Shown piece by piece: positions 13,821 through 26,677 of a DNA stretch of 64,000 bases; positions within the stretch are counted from its first letter, which is position 1; each line of letters opens with the position of its first letter. The stretch comes from Octopus vulgaris. Lineage: Eukaryota. The notes under the pieces are model-generated. The model saw only the letters and a list, made by a program, of their open reading frames with translations, had not been told where the DNA came from and ran no database searches. The DNA is taken from assembly GCA_951406725.2 (NCBI GenBank), contig OX597835.1:6696001-6760000 (forward strand), written 5' to 3'. Made by a program: the position numbers and the translations under genes.

Positions 13821-14236
13821 AATTGAACAAGCTGGAGTTATCAAGAAGGAATGCGGTTGGACAATTGTTTCTATGCAACGCAATTCTCCAGGCTTGCAGG
13901 TATTTAGTTATGTAAACGTATTCCTGCATTATGAGATCTAGTTGTGTTTCCTCAGGCGATAATGAAATTTTGTCTCCGTAAGTTCAAATTCTCGGCTTCA
14001 AGAGCATCCTATCTGTCTGTCGTTGTCTGGAGTTAGTAGTAGCCACTGAGTGTATCAAGTGATGTGTTGTTACTGAAGGGCCGTTGGAAAAGGAGGAAAC
14101 ACAACTAGGTCTCATAATGCCAGGAAACAGGTACATAACCAAATACCTGCAAGTCTGGACAACTTCATTGCGTAGAAACAATTGTAGTGCAAATAAATGT
14201 CCAACTGTACTCCTTCTTGGTGACTTCAGCTTATTC

Positions 14237-14240
<4 letters not shown>
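13821..14240. repeat. Imperfect fold-back element with ~130-145 bp inverted arms between (TA)n tracts
   Basis: 13821-13953 (...cattatgagatctagttgtgtttcctc) versus 14093-14240 (gaggaaacacaactaggtctcataatg...). Differences are mostly transitions. Confidence 0.8.
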
Positions 14241-14271
<31 letters not shown>

Positions 14272-14273
<2 letters not shown>

Positions 14274-14576
14274 GTGATCACCGTGACCGACCAGGCTATC
14301 AGATGTTGCTACACATCGCTGGTCACAATGCGCTTCGCATTGTTTTAGCCTTCAAATGACGCCACCCCGCTGGCTAAGCGAGCAGGCCAACAGAAGAAAG
14401 AGTGAGAGAAAGTCGTGGCGAAAGAGTACAGCAGGGATCGCCACCACCCCCTGCCGGAGCCTCGTGGAGCTTTAGGCGTTTTCGTTCAATAAACACTCAC
14501 AACGCCTGGTCTGTGAATCGAAACCGCGATCCTACGACCGTGAGTCCGCTGCCCTAACCACTGGGCCATTGCGCCT

Positions 14577-14578
<2 letters not shown>
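14272..14578 (-). mobile_element. SINE family B with tail 2, full length
   Basis: Reverse-complement head ends at gcgcctcc (14578). Inserted in (TA)n. Confidence 0.88.
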
Positions 14579-14612
<34 letters not shown>

Positions 14613-14847
14613 TGTATGTGTGTATGTGTGTATCTTTCTATTTGCGCTTGCTCCCCACCTCCACTTGACAACTGGTGGTTGGTTTGTTTACGTCCCTGAA
14701 ATCCAGTGGCTCGGCAAAAGTGATCGATAGAATAAGTACTCGCCTTAGAGAAAAATAAATATCGGGGTAAGTTCATTTGACTAAAGACCTTTCGAGGTGA
14801 TGCACCAGTATGGCCGTGGTTAATGACCGAAGCAGGTAAAAGATAAA

Positions 14848-14878
<31 letters not shown>

Positions 14879-15297
14879 TACGCATTAAATATACGCGTGT
14901 ATGACTGATTGTTATGTCTGTGTTCTGAACGATAGTTTTATTAATGGCATTTCACAACGGCAAATTAATTGTGTTAATTGAATTTCAGAACGTATCTGTA
15001 AAGTCATAAATCTCGCTGAAGAATTCAGAGTTTTATGCAACCCCGCCACAAAAAACAACCCCCCACCAAAAAAAAAACAAAAATAAAAAATTAAAAAAAA
15101 ACCCATAAAGAACAAAAGAACAAAAGAGAACTGTCTAATTTGTATTCCCTGGGAAAACGGAAACCGCATAATTTTAAGGGTTTCTTCCTCCAAAGAAACG
15201 TTTTAAATCTGCGACAATTTCTTACGTCAGGACTAAATGGAATTTTCCATCCAACTGCAACGTTTTGTTTAGTTCACCGGATAGTAGTAGTAGTAGT

Positions 15298-15351
<54 letters not shown>

Positions 15352-15769
15352 CATTATTATTATTAATAATAGAAAGCCACAAAAGAGTCGGCTTGCTGGC
15401 AGGATGGAGTTAGTATTAGTTATTAGGAAGACAATGGACATTTTTTTTCCTTGTATATTTATTAACAATGCCAGTCAAATCGCCCAGTTTACTCTACAGT
15501 AATTCCAGCAAATTAAATGGTAAATATCATGAAAGCGTACAAGAGTAATTGCTATGTCAGAGATAAAAGGTTTCGCTTAATTCTATTATGAATTCCCTTT
15601 CACTGAAAGGAGTAGGTCGATTTTAGATATTAAAATAAATAGAAACGAAAATAAAAGAAAGCAAAAGAAAATTATATAACTGCTTAAAAATTGTTGAGTA
15701 ATTATGGCGACAGTCGATTCATTGGTTTCCGAAGAACAAAATTGCAGATTTCAAATATAGCTGCTTGAT

Positions 15770-16378
<609 letters not shown>

Positions 16379-16705
16379 GGAAAAGATCAATATGAGAGCT
16401 ATAGAAAAAATAGCAAAGTACCAAGACCTTGTCGCTGAATTACAGGGACTATGGAAAGTGAGGATAAAATGTATCCCTGTAGATATAGGTGCATTGGGAA
16501 CTATACCTAAAGATCTGAACAGATGGAGAGAGAGAGAGGGAGGAAATAGGCATAAAACCCAGTTTAGTACAGCTCCCAAAACAGTGTTATTAGGGAGAGC
16601 TAAGATACTTAAGAGGGTTCTTGGCTTCTAAGGTTACTTGTTGTAGCCCGATGCTGGGATTTTTTATTTTCCAACAGTCTAATTTGTTGTGTGTATATGA
16701 ATAAT
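16379..16705 (+). mobile_element. 3' fragment of an R4/Dong-clade non-LTR retrotransposon (restriction-like endonuclease C-terminus)
   Basis: EKIAKYQDLVAELQGLWKVRIKCIPVDIGALGTIPKDL...KTVLLGRAKILKRVL is the K..KY..L...W...PV.IGALG RLE motif. Flanked by AAT repeats. Confidence 0.8.
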
Positions 16706-17091
16706 GTGGAGGCGCAATGGCCCAGTGGTTAGGGCAGCGGACTCGCGGTCATAGGGTCGCGGTTTCGATTCCCAGACCGGGCGTTGTGAGTGTTTATTGA
16801 GCGAAAACACCTAAAGCTCCACGAGGCTCCGGCAGGGGATGGTGGTGATCCCTGCTGTACTCTTTCACCACAACTTTCTCTCACTCTTACTTCCTGTTTC
16901 TCTTGTACCTGTATTTCAAAGGGCCGGCCTTGTCACTCTCTGTGTCACGCTTAATATCCCCGAGAACTACGTTAAGGGTACACGTGTCTGTGGAGTGCTC
17001 AGCCACTTACACGTTAATTTCACGAGCAGGCTGTTCCGTTGATTCGGATCAACCGGAACCCTCGTCGTCGTAACCGACGGAGTGCTTCCAC
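16706..17091 (+). mobile_element. SINE family B, full length with tail 1
   Basis: TSD atatgaataat at 16695-16705 and 17092-17102. Confidence 0.92.
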
Positions 17092-17109
17092 ATATGAATA
17101 ATAATAATA

Positions 17110-17480
17110 AAAACGAGCACACACCTCAGTAACAGGGATGTGCCAGATAATTGACTTTACAGTCCCAAATGATGAGAAAGCAATAGGAGAGGTATAAAGA
17201 AAATAGTAAAGTACCAGGACCTAGCTATGGAAAGTTCGGGTAAAATGCATCCCTGTTGTTATAGATGCATTAGGAACTCTTCCCCAAAGATTTGGAGATA
17301 TACATAGAGGAAATGGGCATAAAACCTAATTAGGTGCAGTTCCAGAAAACAGTGTTATTAGGGGCAGGTAGGGATACTTAGGGAGGTTCCTGGTAGCCAA
17401 GGTTACTTGTTGTAGCCTGATGTTAGGAATTTTTTCGTTTGCAGCAGTTTAATCTGTTGTGTGTATATGAAATAACAATA
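17110..17480 (+). mobile_element. Second, more decayed R4/Dong RLE 3' fragment
   Basis: Reads IIDFTVPND...KIVKYQDLA...KCIPVVIDALGTLPKDL. Its 3' UTR (aaggttacttgttgtagcc.gatg.t.gga.ttttt) is nearly identical to 16630-16700. Confidence 0.75.
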
Positions 17481-17570
17481 ACGAGGTCGGATGTTGAGAT
17501 GGAGGAAAGATAATTTATAAGAAAGCAGGATGTATAATATAAGCAGAGCAGCTGTGGAATTTTGGAAATT

Positions 17571-18137
17571 ATGTATGTATGTATGTATGTATGTATGTAT
17601 GTATGTATGTATGTATGTATGTATGTATGTATGTATGTATGTATGTATGTATGTATGTACGTACGTACGTACGTACGTACGTACGTATGTATGTATGTAT
17701 GTATGTATGTATGTATGTATGTATGTATGTATGTATGTACGTATGTTTGTATGTATGTATGTATGTACGTATGTATGTATGTATGTACGAATGTATGTAT
17801 GTATGCATGTATGAACGTACGTATGCATGTACGTATGTATGTACGTATGTATATATGCATGTATGTATGTATTTATGTATGTACGTACGTACGTATGTAT
17901 GTATGTATGTATGTATGTATGTATGTATGTATGTATGTATGTATGTATGTATGAATGTATGTATGTATGTACGTACGTACATATATGCATATATACACAC
18001 ACATACACACATATATATGTGTTTGTGTATGAGTGTGTGCGTGTGCGCATGCATGTGTATATATAAATACACATACATACAGGCACCTGCACACACATAT
18101 ATATATATGTCCGAATGTATGTATGTATGTATGTATG

Positions 18138-18179
<42 letters not shown>

Positions 18180-18190
18180 CACATATATGA
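17571..18190. repeat. (ATGT)n/(ACGT)n/(TA)n microsatellite
   Basis: Directly visible. Confidence 0.95.
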
Positions 18191-18484
18191 AAGGTAGAAA
18201 GAAGGAAAGAGAAAATGAGGAAGAGATTAACATGTAGATACTGAACGCGTATATATTACATTGTGATGAAACTCAGGCACACACACAGACGCACACACAC
18301 TGACATACACGCACTAAAATGTAATGGTGACGTAAAAGCTTCGCCTTTAGTTGGCTGCGTCGTTAGAATATCGAGCAAATTGCTTCACCTATATCTATTC
18401 CGACTCCCTGCGCGTTGAGTTCAAATACTCAACGCGCAGGTCAGCTTTGTCTTTTACCCTTTCAGGTCGCCAAGGTCGACTTTG

Positions 18485-18921
18485 CTACCTATTTCTTTGC
18501 TACCCACAAGGGGCCAAACACAGAGGGAACAAACAAGGACAGACAAACGTATTAAGTCGATTACATCGAACCTCATTACTCAACTGGTACTTAATTTATC
18601 GACCCCCGGAAGGATGAAATCTCTAAATCCGCTCTACAGAAACTTATTTGTTAGACGCAAATGAAAATCTACAACCAAGATCAGCAATACCTATTTCTTT
18701 ATTACCCACAAGGGGCTAAACACAGAGGGGACGAACAAGGGCAAACGGATTAAGTCGATTATATCGACCCCAGTGCATAACTGGTACTTAATTTATCGAC
18801 CCCGAAAGGATGAAAGGCAAAGTCGACCTCGGTGGAATTTGAACTCAGAACATAACGGCAAACGAAATACCGCTAAGCATTTCGCCCGGCGTGCTAACAA
18901 TTCTGCCAGCTCGCCGCCTTT
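18485..18921 (-). mobile_element. SINE family C (full copy 18690-18921 plus a 3' fragment at 18485-18620)
   Basis: Reverse complement of aaggcggcgagctggcagaa...ttctgagttcaaattcc...gcctttcatcctttcggggtcgataaattaagtaccag. The central part resembles the MetaSINE-type conserved domain. Confidence 0.85.
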
Positions 18922-18947
18922 CCACTGTTTAATATTATATATACAGT

Positions 18948-19155
18948 GAAGGCGCAATGGCCCAGTAGTTAGGGCAGCGGACTCGCGGTTTCGATTCCCA
19001 GACCGGGCGAAAACAACTAAAGCTCCACGAGGCTCCGGCAGGGGATGGTGGTGATCCCTGCTGTACTCTTTCACAACATCTTTCTCTCACTCCTTCTTCC
19101 TGTTTCTCTTGTACCTGTATTTCAAAGGGCCAGCCTTGTCACACTCTGTGTCACC
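18948..19155 (+). mobile_element. SINE family B, internally deleted and 3'-truncated
   Basis: Matches the family B head and body. Confidence 0.8.
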
Positions 19156-19311
19156 CCTCTGTACGCACACACACACACACACACACACAGATACTCACAC
19201 ACACACAAACACAAATACACTGACACAAATACACACGCATATACATATTTATCCCCATGCAAATACATGTTTATCTGTATTAATGAGAGCCCTATTAAAT
19301 TTCTTTTGCAG

Positions 19312-19384
19312 ACGAACCAAAGTTCCCGTGGATGGTATCAAATGTCACGGCCAGACACACCATTACATCACTTGTAATAACCAG
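19312..19384 (+). CDS. Internal exon of an ADAMTS/ADAMTS-like gene: C-terminal half of a thrombospondin type-1 repeat
   Basis: Acceptor ttcttttgcAG|, donor cag|GTtagt. After 1 nt it translates RTKVPVDGIKCHGQTHHYITCNNQ, matching the TSP1 C-terminal pattern C-x-G...Y-x-x-C-N-x-Q. Ends in phase 0 and joins the next exon as CNNQ|ACP. Confidence 0.85.
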
Positions 19385-19767
19385 GTTAGTGAATCACATT
19401 CTGTAGCAGACACACAGACACATTTTTAGGGTAGGCTGTTGTCGATGTGTCGCCTTTCCTCCCGACATCATCACTGGTGCTTCGTTTTATTGACCTAATC
19501 CCACTTACTAAAACGAAGGGAAATACATTTTATCCAACAACCCAATCAGTTTAGCCAATAAAGAGCCGTTCTTCATAGCGACACATTTTGCTATAAATTT
19601 GAATTCAAAATCTCTGAACTAACTGTCCCTAGCTCCATGGCAGAACCACTCACACATGTACGAAGCAAGGGCTAAGCAGAAATGGTTTCGTAATATACTG
19701 GTTTAAAAATAGCGATATCAAGAATGAGGGAATAGCCAATAGCAAAAGAGGAAGCCATAGCAATTAT

Positions 19768-20176
19768 TACTCTTTACTTGTTTCAGTCATTTGACTGCGG
19801 CCATGCTGGAGCACCGCCTTTAGTCGAGCAAATCGACCCCGGGACTTATTCTTTGTAAGCCCAGTACTTATTCTATCGGTCTGTTTGCCGAACCGCTAAG
19901 TAACGGGGACGTAAACACACCAGCATCGGTTGTCAAGCAATGCTAGGGGGACAAACACAAACGCACAAACATATACACACACACACATATATATTTATAC
20001 ATATACATATATACAACAGGCTTCTTTCAGTTTCCGTCTACCAAATCCACTCACAAGACAATGGTCGGCCCGGGGCTATAGCAGAAGACACTTGCCCAAG
20101 ATGCCACGCAGTGGGATTGAACTCGGAACCATGTGGTTGGTTAGCAAGCTACTTACCACACAGCCACTCCTGCGCC
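19768..20176 (-). mobile_element. SINE family A, full length
   Basis: Reverse complement of the family A consensus. Confidence 0.9.
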
Positions 20177-20594
20177 TATACTTAACTATTTGGTACAATC
20201 CCCACCCCCAAATAACCATCGACTCATCGGAAACGGTTATACATGAAGACAGACACGAGAGTACACCAAGAAATCGCTCATATCCTTAGAAAGATATCTT
20301 CTGTTTAATGGTTTTAAGTTAAGGTCTGAGGAATAACTAAATAAATAAATAAATAAATAAATAAAAGAAAGAAACGAACATTTTCTATCTCTACAAATAA
20401 ATATTGGTTTCAAATTTTGGCACAAGAACAGTAATTTTGAGGGAGGAGATTGGACGATCACGGGTACTTTTATCGCTACCGAAAGGGAAAGAGGACCTCG
20501 GTGGAATTTGAACACCGAACGTAATGACGGATAAATGCTACTAACCAACAAACCATTTCCTCGCTTTGCTACCGATTCTGCTCTTAACCACAAC

Positions 20595-20671
20595 GCCCAC
20601 GAGCATATGGTGTAGTGGTTAAAAGCGCGGGCTACTAATCCCAAGATTCCGAGTTCGATTCCAGGCTGTGA

Positions 20672-20714
<43 letters not shown>

Positions 20715-20880
20715 CAACAACAACATCGAAAAAATACCTTAGGAAGAGAACCCAGGTTCGAAATTTCCCCAAGACACCTGATGAAGGCTGGAGAGTATAT
20801 CAGCCGAAACGTTGTGTTAACAACAAACAAGACGAGGACAAATATCCGTCAAATGTAAATAATGTAAATAATATATATTC
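20595..20880 (+). mobile_element. tRNA-headed SINE-like element carrying a hammerhead ribozyme
   Basis: A box TGGTGTAGTGG (20608-20618), anticodon-arm-like gggctACTaatccc, B box GAGTTCGATTCC (20651-20662), (AAT)n linker, then the HHR and an (aatgtaaat)2 end. The 3' part is repeated at 23574-23722. Confidence 0.7.
20773..20818 (+). ncRNA. Minimal type I hammerhead ribozyme
   Basis: gacac-CTGATGA-a-ggctg(gagagtatat)cagcc-GAAAC-GTT-gtgtt. Core intact, 5 bp stems I and II, palindromic AACGTT stem III (dimer type), GUU triplet. Confidence 0.78.
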
Positions 20881-21620
20881 ATATTGATAGCAATAATTTA
20901 CTTTAATTTTGAGGGGAGGGGACCAAGTCGATTACATCGACCTAGTAATTAGCGGGGACTTTATTTTATCGGCACTGAAAGGAAACAAAAAGGTAAATCC
21001 GAACTCCGCGGAATTTGAATCCAAAAAAGTAAATTGCCGGATTAAGTGGTGTCACTATTTTTCCGACACTGTAACAATTCTCTTAGCTCACATTCTGAGA
21101 GAATGTGGGCTCACATTCGTTCGATTAACTGGCACTTCGTCGGTTCCAGAGACGAGAATTCCATTTGATCCGATCAACGGAACACCCTTCTCGTGGATTT
21201 AACGTGCAAGTGGCTGAGTACTCCGCAGTCACGCATAGCCTTAACGTTGTTCTCAGGGAGATTCAGCGTGACACAGAGTGTGGAAAGGCTGGCCCTTTTG
21301 AATTACAGGTAGTACGCTTTTTCGCCAGCTGATGGACTGGTCCAACGTGTAGTAAAGTCTCTCGCTCAAGGATACATGCGTACGCTTGGAATCGAACTCA
21401 CGACCCTTACCCTCATTCGAATACATATAATAAAATGGAATAAAAAAACTACATTTTAACGTTAAATGCAGATTTCTTCGAGAAAGGTCTGTAAGGGTCT
21501 CGAGTGGCGTTGATTCCTTATTCCTGTACAAGACCGATTCCGCCAATCATACCCCGGTTTAAACAAATATTGAACTTGGACAAACTCCAAGAAAACAACT
21601 TGGTAATATTTCGATTTCTT

Positions 21621-21855
21621 AAGGCGGCGAGCTGGCAGAAGCGTTATCCCGCCGGGCGAAATGCGTAGCCGTATTTCGTCTGCCGTTACGTTCTGGGTTC
21701 AAATTCCGCCGAGGTCGACTTTGTCTTTCATCCTTTCGGGGTCGATAAATTAAGTACCAGTTACGCACTGGGGTCGATATAATCGACTAAATCCGTTTGT
21801 CTGTCCTTCTTTGTCCTATCTGTGTTTAGCCTCTTGTGGGTTGTAAAGAAATAAA
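21621..21855 (+). mobile_element. SINE family C, full length, ending ~30 bp upstream of an exon acceptor
   Basis: aaggcggcgagctggcagaag...gggttcaaattccgccgaggtcgac...ttgtgggttgtaaagaaata. Confidence 0.88.
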
Positions 21856-21885
21856 TATTTCGATTTTTTTCCCCCTTCACAACAG

Positions 21886-21988
21886 GCATGTCCGAGCGGA
21901 TCACGTGACTTTCGAGAACTTCAGTGTGCCTTTTTCAATGGTCAAAGATACGCAGGTCTGAAACGGAAATGGAAGCCAGTCCGATCAG
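21886..21988 (+). CDS. Internal exon of an ADAMTS/ADAMTS-like gene: start of the cysteine-rich module
   Basis: Acceptor cccccttcacaacAG|, donor cag|GTacaa, 103 nt. ACPSGSRDFRELQCAFFNGQRYAGLKRKWKPVRS matches the ADAMTS motif CP...DFRExQCxxFN...W.P. Phase 0 in, phase 1 out. Confidence 0.92.
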
Positions 21989-22149
21989 GTACAAATCATA
22001 AGCAGTAATGTTGTGAGTATATACACCGAGGTGTGGTGTAAGTGTGATAAGGAAGTGTGTGTGCGTGTGTCTGTGTGTGTGTGTGTGTGTGTGCATGCGC
22101 ATGAGTGAATGTATGCGGGGATGTGTGTGTATATATATATCTATATGTA

Positions 22150-22199
<50 letters not shown>

Positions 22200-22308
22200 C
22201 TAGGGTTATCAGTGAGTCCAGTAGGTAGTGGGTGTAATTCCGAGGCCGTGGTCCATGAGGCAGAGGTGTTTTTTGTCAGTAGTAATAGCAACCGTGGCAG
22301 CAGCAACA

Positions 22309-22843
22309 GTGGAGGCGCAATGGCCCAGTTGCCCAGTGGTTAGGGCAGTGGACTCGCGGTCGTAAGAACGCGGTTTCGATTCCCAGACCGGACATTGTGA
22401 GTATTTATTGAGCAAAAGCACCTAAGCTCCACGAGGCTCCGGCGGGGTGGGGTGGGTGTGGGTGGGTGCTTGAACCCCGCTGTACTCTTTCACCACAACC
22501 TTCTCTCACTCTTTCTTCCTATTTCTGCCACAAAGCAGAGGAACCATGGTGTAACTCATTATAGTGTGGTAAACTTTCAGACCCTAGTCTCGACTGCGAA
22601 TCCTCTGTACCCCAGGATGGTTCAGCTCTCCACCTGTTAAAAGCCACCGTTTATGGAATGAGGGTAACAACGTAGCTTTCGCACCCGTGCAACCGCCAGT
22701 CTATCATGTGTGGAGCCACACACATTCTTAGGCTCGAATTAGAGATTATTCTTTGTGGCTAATGGCTTGAGTCCTGACTGGAAGAAGAAGAAGAAGAAGA
22801 AGAAGAAGAAGAAGAAGAAGAAGAAGAAGAAGAAGAAGAAGAA
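22309..22843 (+). mobile_element. SINE family B head and body joined to a unique tail 4 ending in (GAA)n
   Basis: Family B to ~22525, then ~255 bp of unrelated sequence, then a (GAA)n run at 22781-22843. Confidence 0.65.
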
Positions 22844-23111
22844 ACAACAGCAGCAGTAGCACCAGCATTAACAACGTGGTTACACTCACAGGTGCTATAC
22901 TAATTCTGCTTGTGAAATACGTTAAGGGTACATATATCTGTGGAATACTCGGCCACATTAATTCAATAAACAGATGTATGTGTGTATGTGCATGTGTGTG
23001 TGGTTATGTATGTGTGTGTATGTGTGTGTGTTTGCGTGTATGGGGATTGTTAATTTGAACTGAACATCATTCCTTTGCTAACCTCATTTCACTTTCTCTG
23101 CCATATTCCAG

Positions 23112-23269
23112 TGAGTCGAAGTCCTCTTTGGAACGTTTCCTCCGTCAACCCTTGCGTTCTTGCCTGTGCTCCAGAGAAGATGAGTTGGTTGGTGGTCATG
23201 TTCACCCGCGTCGTAGTTGATGGAACCAGTTGCGCACCCAGTAGCGTCTGTGTGGCCGGCAAATGTGTT
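23112..23269 (+). CDS. Internal exon of an ADAMTS/ADAMTS-like gene: cysteine-rich module
   Basis: Acceptor ttctctgccatattccAG|, donor gtt|GTAAGT, 158 nt. (V)SRSPLWNVSSVNPCVLACAPEKMSWLVVMFTRVVVDGTSCAPSSVCVAGKCV contains the ADAMTS motifs NPCxLxC and VVDGTxC...VCVxGxC. Phases match both neighbours. Confidence 0.92.
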
Positions 23270-23585
23270 GTAAGTAGATCTGTTGGCTAGAAATTATATC
23301 CATAATATTGGTTTCAAATTTTGGCACAAGGCCAGTAATTTTGGGGGAGGGGCTAGTCAGTTACATTGGCCCACTGGTATTTATTGTATCGACCCGAAGA
23401 GATTAAAGGTAAAGTCGATCTTGGCGGGATTTGAACTCATGTCGTTAGAACAGGAAATGCCGCTAATCATTTTCTCTGTTTAACTAACGATTCTGCCAGC
23501 TCCCCGCCTTAATAATGGTCTCAAATTTTGGCACAAGGTCAACAACTAAGCTTAGCGAGCAGGCCAACAGAAGAAATTCCCCCAA

Positions 23586-23631
23586 GACACCTGATGAAGG
23601 CTGGAGGGTATATCAGCCGAAACGGTGTGCT
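23586..23631 (+). ncRNA. Second copy of the SINE-borne hammerhead (U16.1 mutated, probably inactive)
   Basis: gacac-CTGATGA-a-ggctg(gagggtatat)cagcc-GAAAC-GGT-gtgct. Confidence 0.6.
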
Positions 23632-23725
23632 AACAACAAACAAGATGAGGACAAATATCCGTCAAATGTAAATAATGTACATAAAGTACATAATTCCTCA
23701 TCTCTTAAATATAGAACTGAGTAAT

Positions 23726-23773
<48 letters not shown>

Positions 23774-23774
23774 C

Positions 23775-23873
<99 letters not shown>

Positions 23874-23910
23874 GATAAGAAAGTTTGTTTGGTAAAGCAC
23901 GTGGGTGAAT

Positions 23911-24363
<453 letters not shown>

Positions 24364-25042
24364 ATACGTATATATGTATGTGTGTGCAACATATAAGCAA
24401 TGTAAAAGCATGTGGCTTAGGGGTTAAGGTATTTGTCTCACGATTGCAATGACATCAGTTCGTTTCGCGGCAAGACGTTTTATTTCACGTCGCTCGAATC
24501 CACTCAGCTGGCAAAAATAAGTACCACCCGTATTTTAAAAACGGGACAGCCTTGTCACATCCTGTGTCTCACTGAATCATTAAGAGTACGCATGTCAGTG
24601 GAGTGCTCGACCACATGCACGCGAATTTCACGAGCAGGCTGTTCCGTTAAGTGGATCAACTGGAACACTCGTCGTTGCAACCGACGCAGTGCTCGTATAC
24701 ACCATTGAAATATACACGTTAACTTGTCTGGTATTTTGATGTATTTCAACGAAAGACTCCGATTTATGGCGACATAAATTTTCCATTGAAATTATTAATG
24801 ATTTAGGACTAAATTTAGTATGGAAGCCAGAGATTGTTATAATTGGATTTCTTGTGTGTTAGATAATTCATTTGGTTATTCAATAAGGGTTTTAAATATG
24901 AGAAACTGAAAAACTATAACTTAGAAGGTAAGTCTGCTTTGATTATAGGCTTATAAAGTATGTATATTCAGTATATTACAGACTTACGAAGCTTATAATA
25001 TTTTATATATATTATAGGATTTTTACTGACTATGTATTTAGA

Positions 25043-25075
<33 letters not shown>

Positions 25076-25153
25076 ACATATATATATATATATATATTAC
25101 AGAGATGTACTTGCATAGCGAGTGACCTGATCTGAGATCGTGTGCTGGAACGA

Positions 25154-25350
25154 AAACAATTGCATCGTGGAAGGTGTTTATAAGCCATTTAAGAAACACA
25201 CAAAAACCGTGCTGCATCACGGAATTTTGTCAGTGAACAGGTCGCGGTCTCAAAGCGACGAAAATATTTTGGCAAATTAAATTTAGATGTTGAAGTGAAT
25301 CTAACGGTTTCTTAAATGGCTTATAAACACCTTCCACGCTGAAATTGTTT
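25154..25350. repeat. Fold-back element with ~44 bp inverted arms in a (TA)n context
   Basis: cgtggaaggtgtttataagccatttaagaaac versus gtttcttaaatggcttataaacaccttccacg. Confidence 0.85.
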
Positions 25351-25596
25351 ATATATATATATACATATGTGTGTGTGTGTGTGTGTGTATGAGAAACACG
25401 ATTTTTGCTTATATATATATCATGTTATATATTTATTTTATATTTGTAATATTGCTTAATATTCTAAGAATATTTCGCGTATTAAATAACTATCTTTAAA
25501 ATAGTTATTCAATAAATGAAAGTTTAATATTTAAAAAATGTTATTCAAAATCTTAGAGTTGAATGTTAGATGTACTTCAATACTTTTTATAAAATT

Positions 25597-26030
25597 TGTC
25601 CCCCCCCAGCATCGCTTGACAACCAATGCTGGTGTGTTTACGTCCCCGTAACTTAGCGGTTCGGCAAAAGAGACCGATAGAATAAGTACTAGGCTTACAG
25701 CGAATAAGTCCTGGGGGCGATTTGCTCGACCACAAGCGGTGCTCCAGCATGGCCACAGTCACATGACTGAAACAAGTAAAAGAGTAAAAGAGTAAAGAGT
25801 ATAAAATTTTATAAAATTCAAGGCGGCAAACTGGCAGAATCTCTTGCACGCCGGACAAAATGCTTAGCGGCATTTCTTCCGTCTTTATGTTCTGAGCTCA
25901 CATTACGCCGAGGTCGGCTTCGCCTTTCATCCTTTCAGTATCGATAAAATAAGTACCAGTTGAGCACTGGGGTCGATGTAATCGACTTACCTCCCGAAAT
26001 TTCTGGCCTTGTGCTTAAAGTTTGAAAACA
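25597..26030 (+). mobile_element. Family A 3' half (25597-25800) followed by a family C SINE (25821-26030)
   Basis: Sequence match to both consensus sequences. Confidence 0.8.
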
Positions 26031-26456
26031 ATATTAGTGATACATTTTTTTCACTTGTTTGGTTCGTGTATTCTTATGCCTTTAGGCACTTTAAACTATT
26101 CTAGAAATTACTTTTACTCTTGCAGCAGAAAGATATTATATATGAAGCGATGTTTTGAACAGAATTCTAATGGAACAATATAAACGTATCTGTAATACAA
26201 ATACTCCAGCCATTGTAACTTTGATTATAAAGTCTGGAATGTAATGACTTCCAAATACTTTTCATGGTTTCTGATATTCTTATTTTTATTTCTTAAAAAC
26301 CAAAGGCATTATTATAAACCCGTATAAAAACTTTTACAAAATTTCTGAACGTCTGTAGATGATGGTATAATCTTACTTTAAAAGGATTCATAGTCTGGCT
26401 CTATAATTCTCTGAAATTGTATCATTAGCTGCGAATATTTTCACACAACATATTGC

Positions 26457-26612
26457 AGGCGTGGCTGTGTGGTAAGAAGCTTGCTTCCCAGCTACATGGT
26501 TCCGGGTTCAGTCCCATTATGTGGCACCTCGAGCAAGAGTCTTCTACTATAGCCTCGGGCCGACTAAATCCTTGTGAGCGGATTTGGTACGGGGAAACTG
26601 AAAGAAGTCCCT
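26457..26612 (+). mobile_element. SINE family A 5' half
   Basis: Matches the family A head up to the internal microsatellite. Confidence 0.8.

Positions 26613-26677
<65 letters not shown>

Noticed and set aside
20601-20672. Possible tRNA-Ser(ACT) gene
   Set aside because: The acceptor stem does not pair, there is no long variable arm or Pol III terminator, and it runs into repeat sequence; treated as a SINE head.
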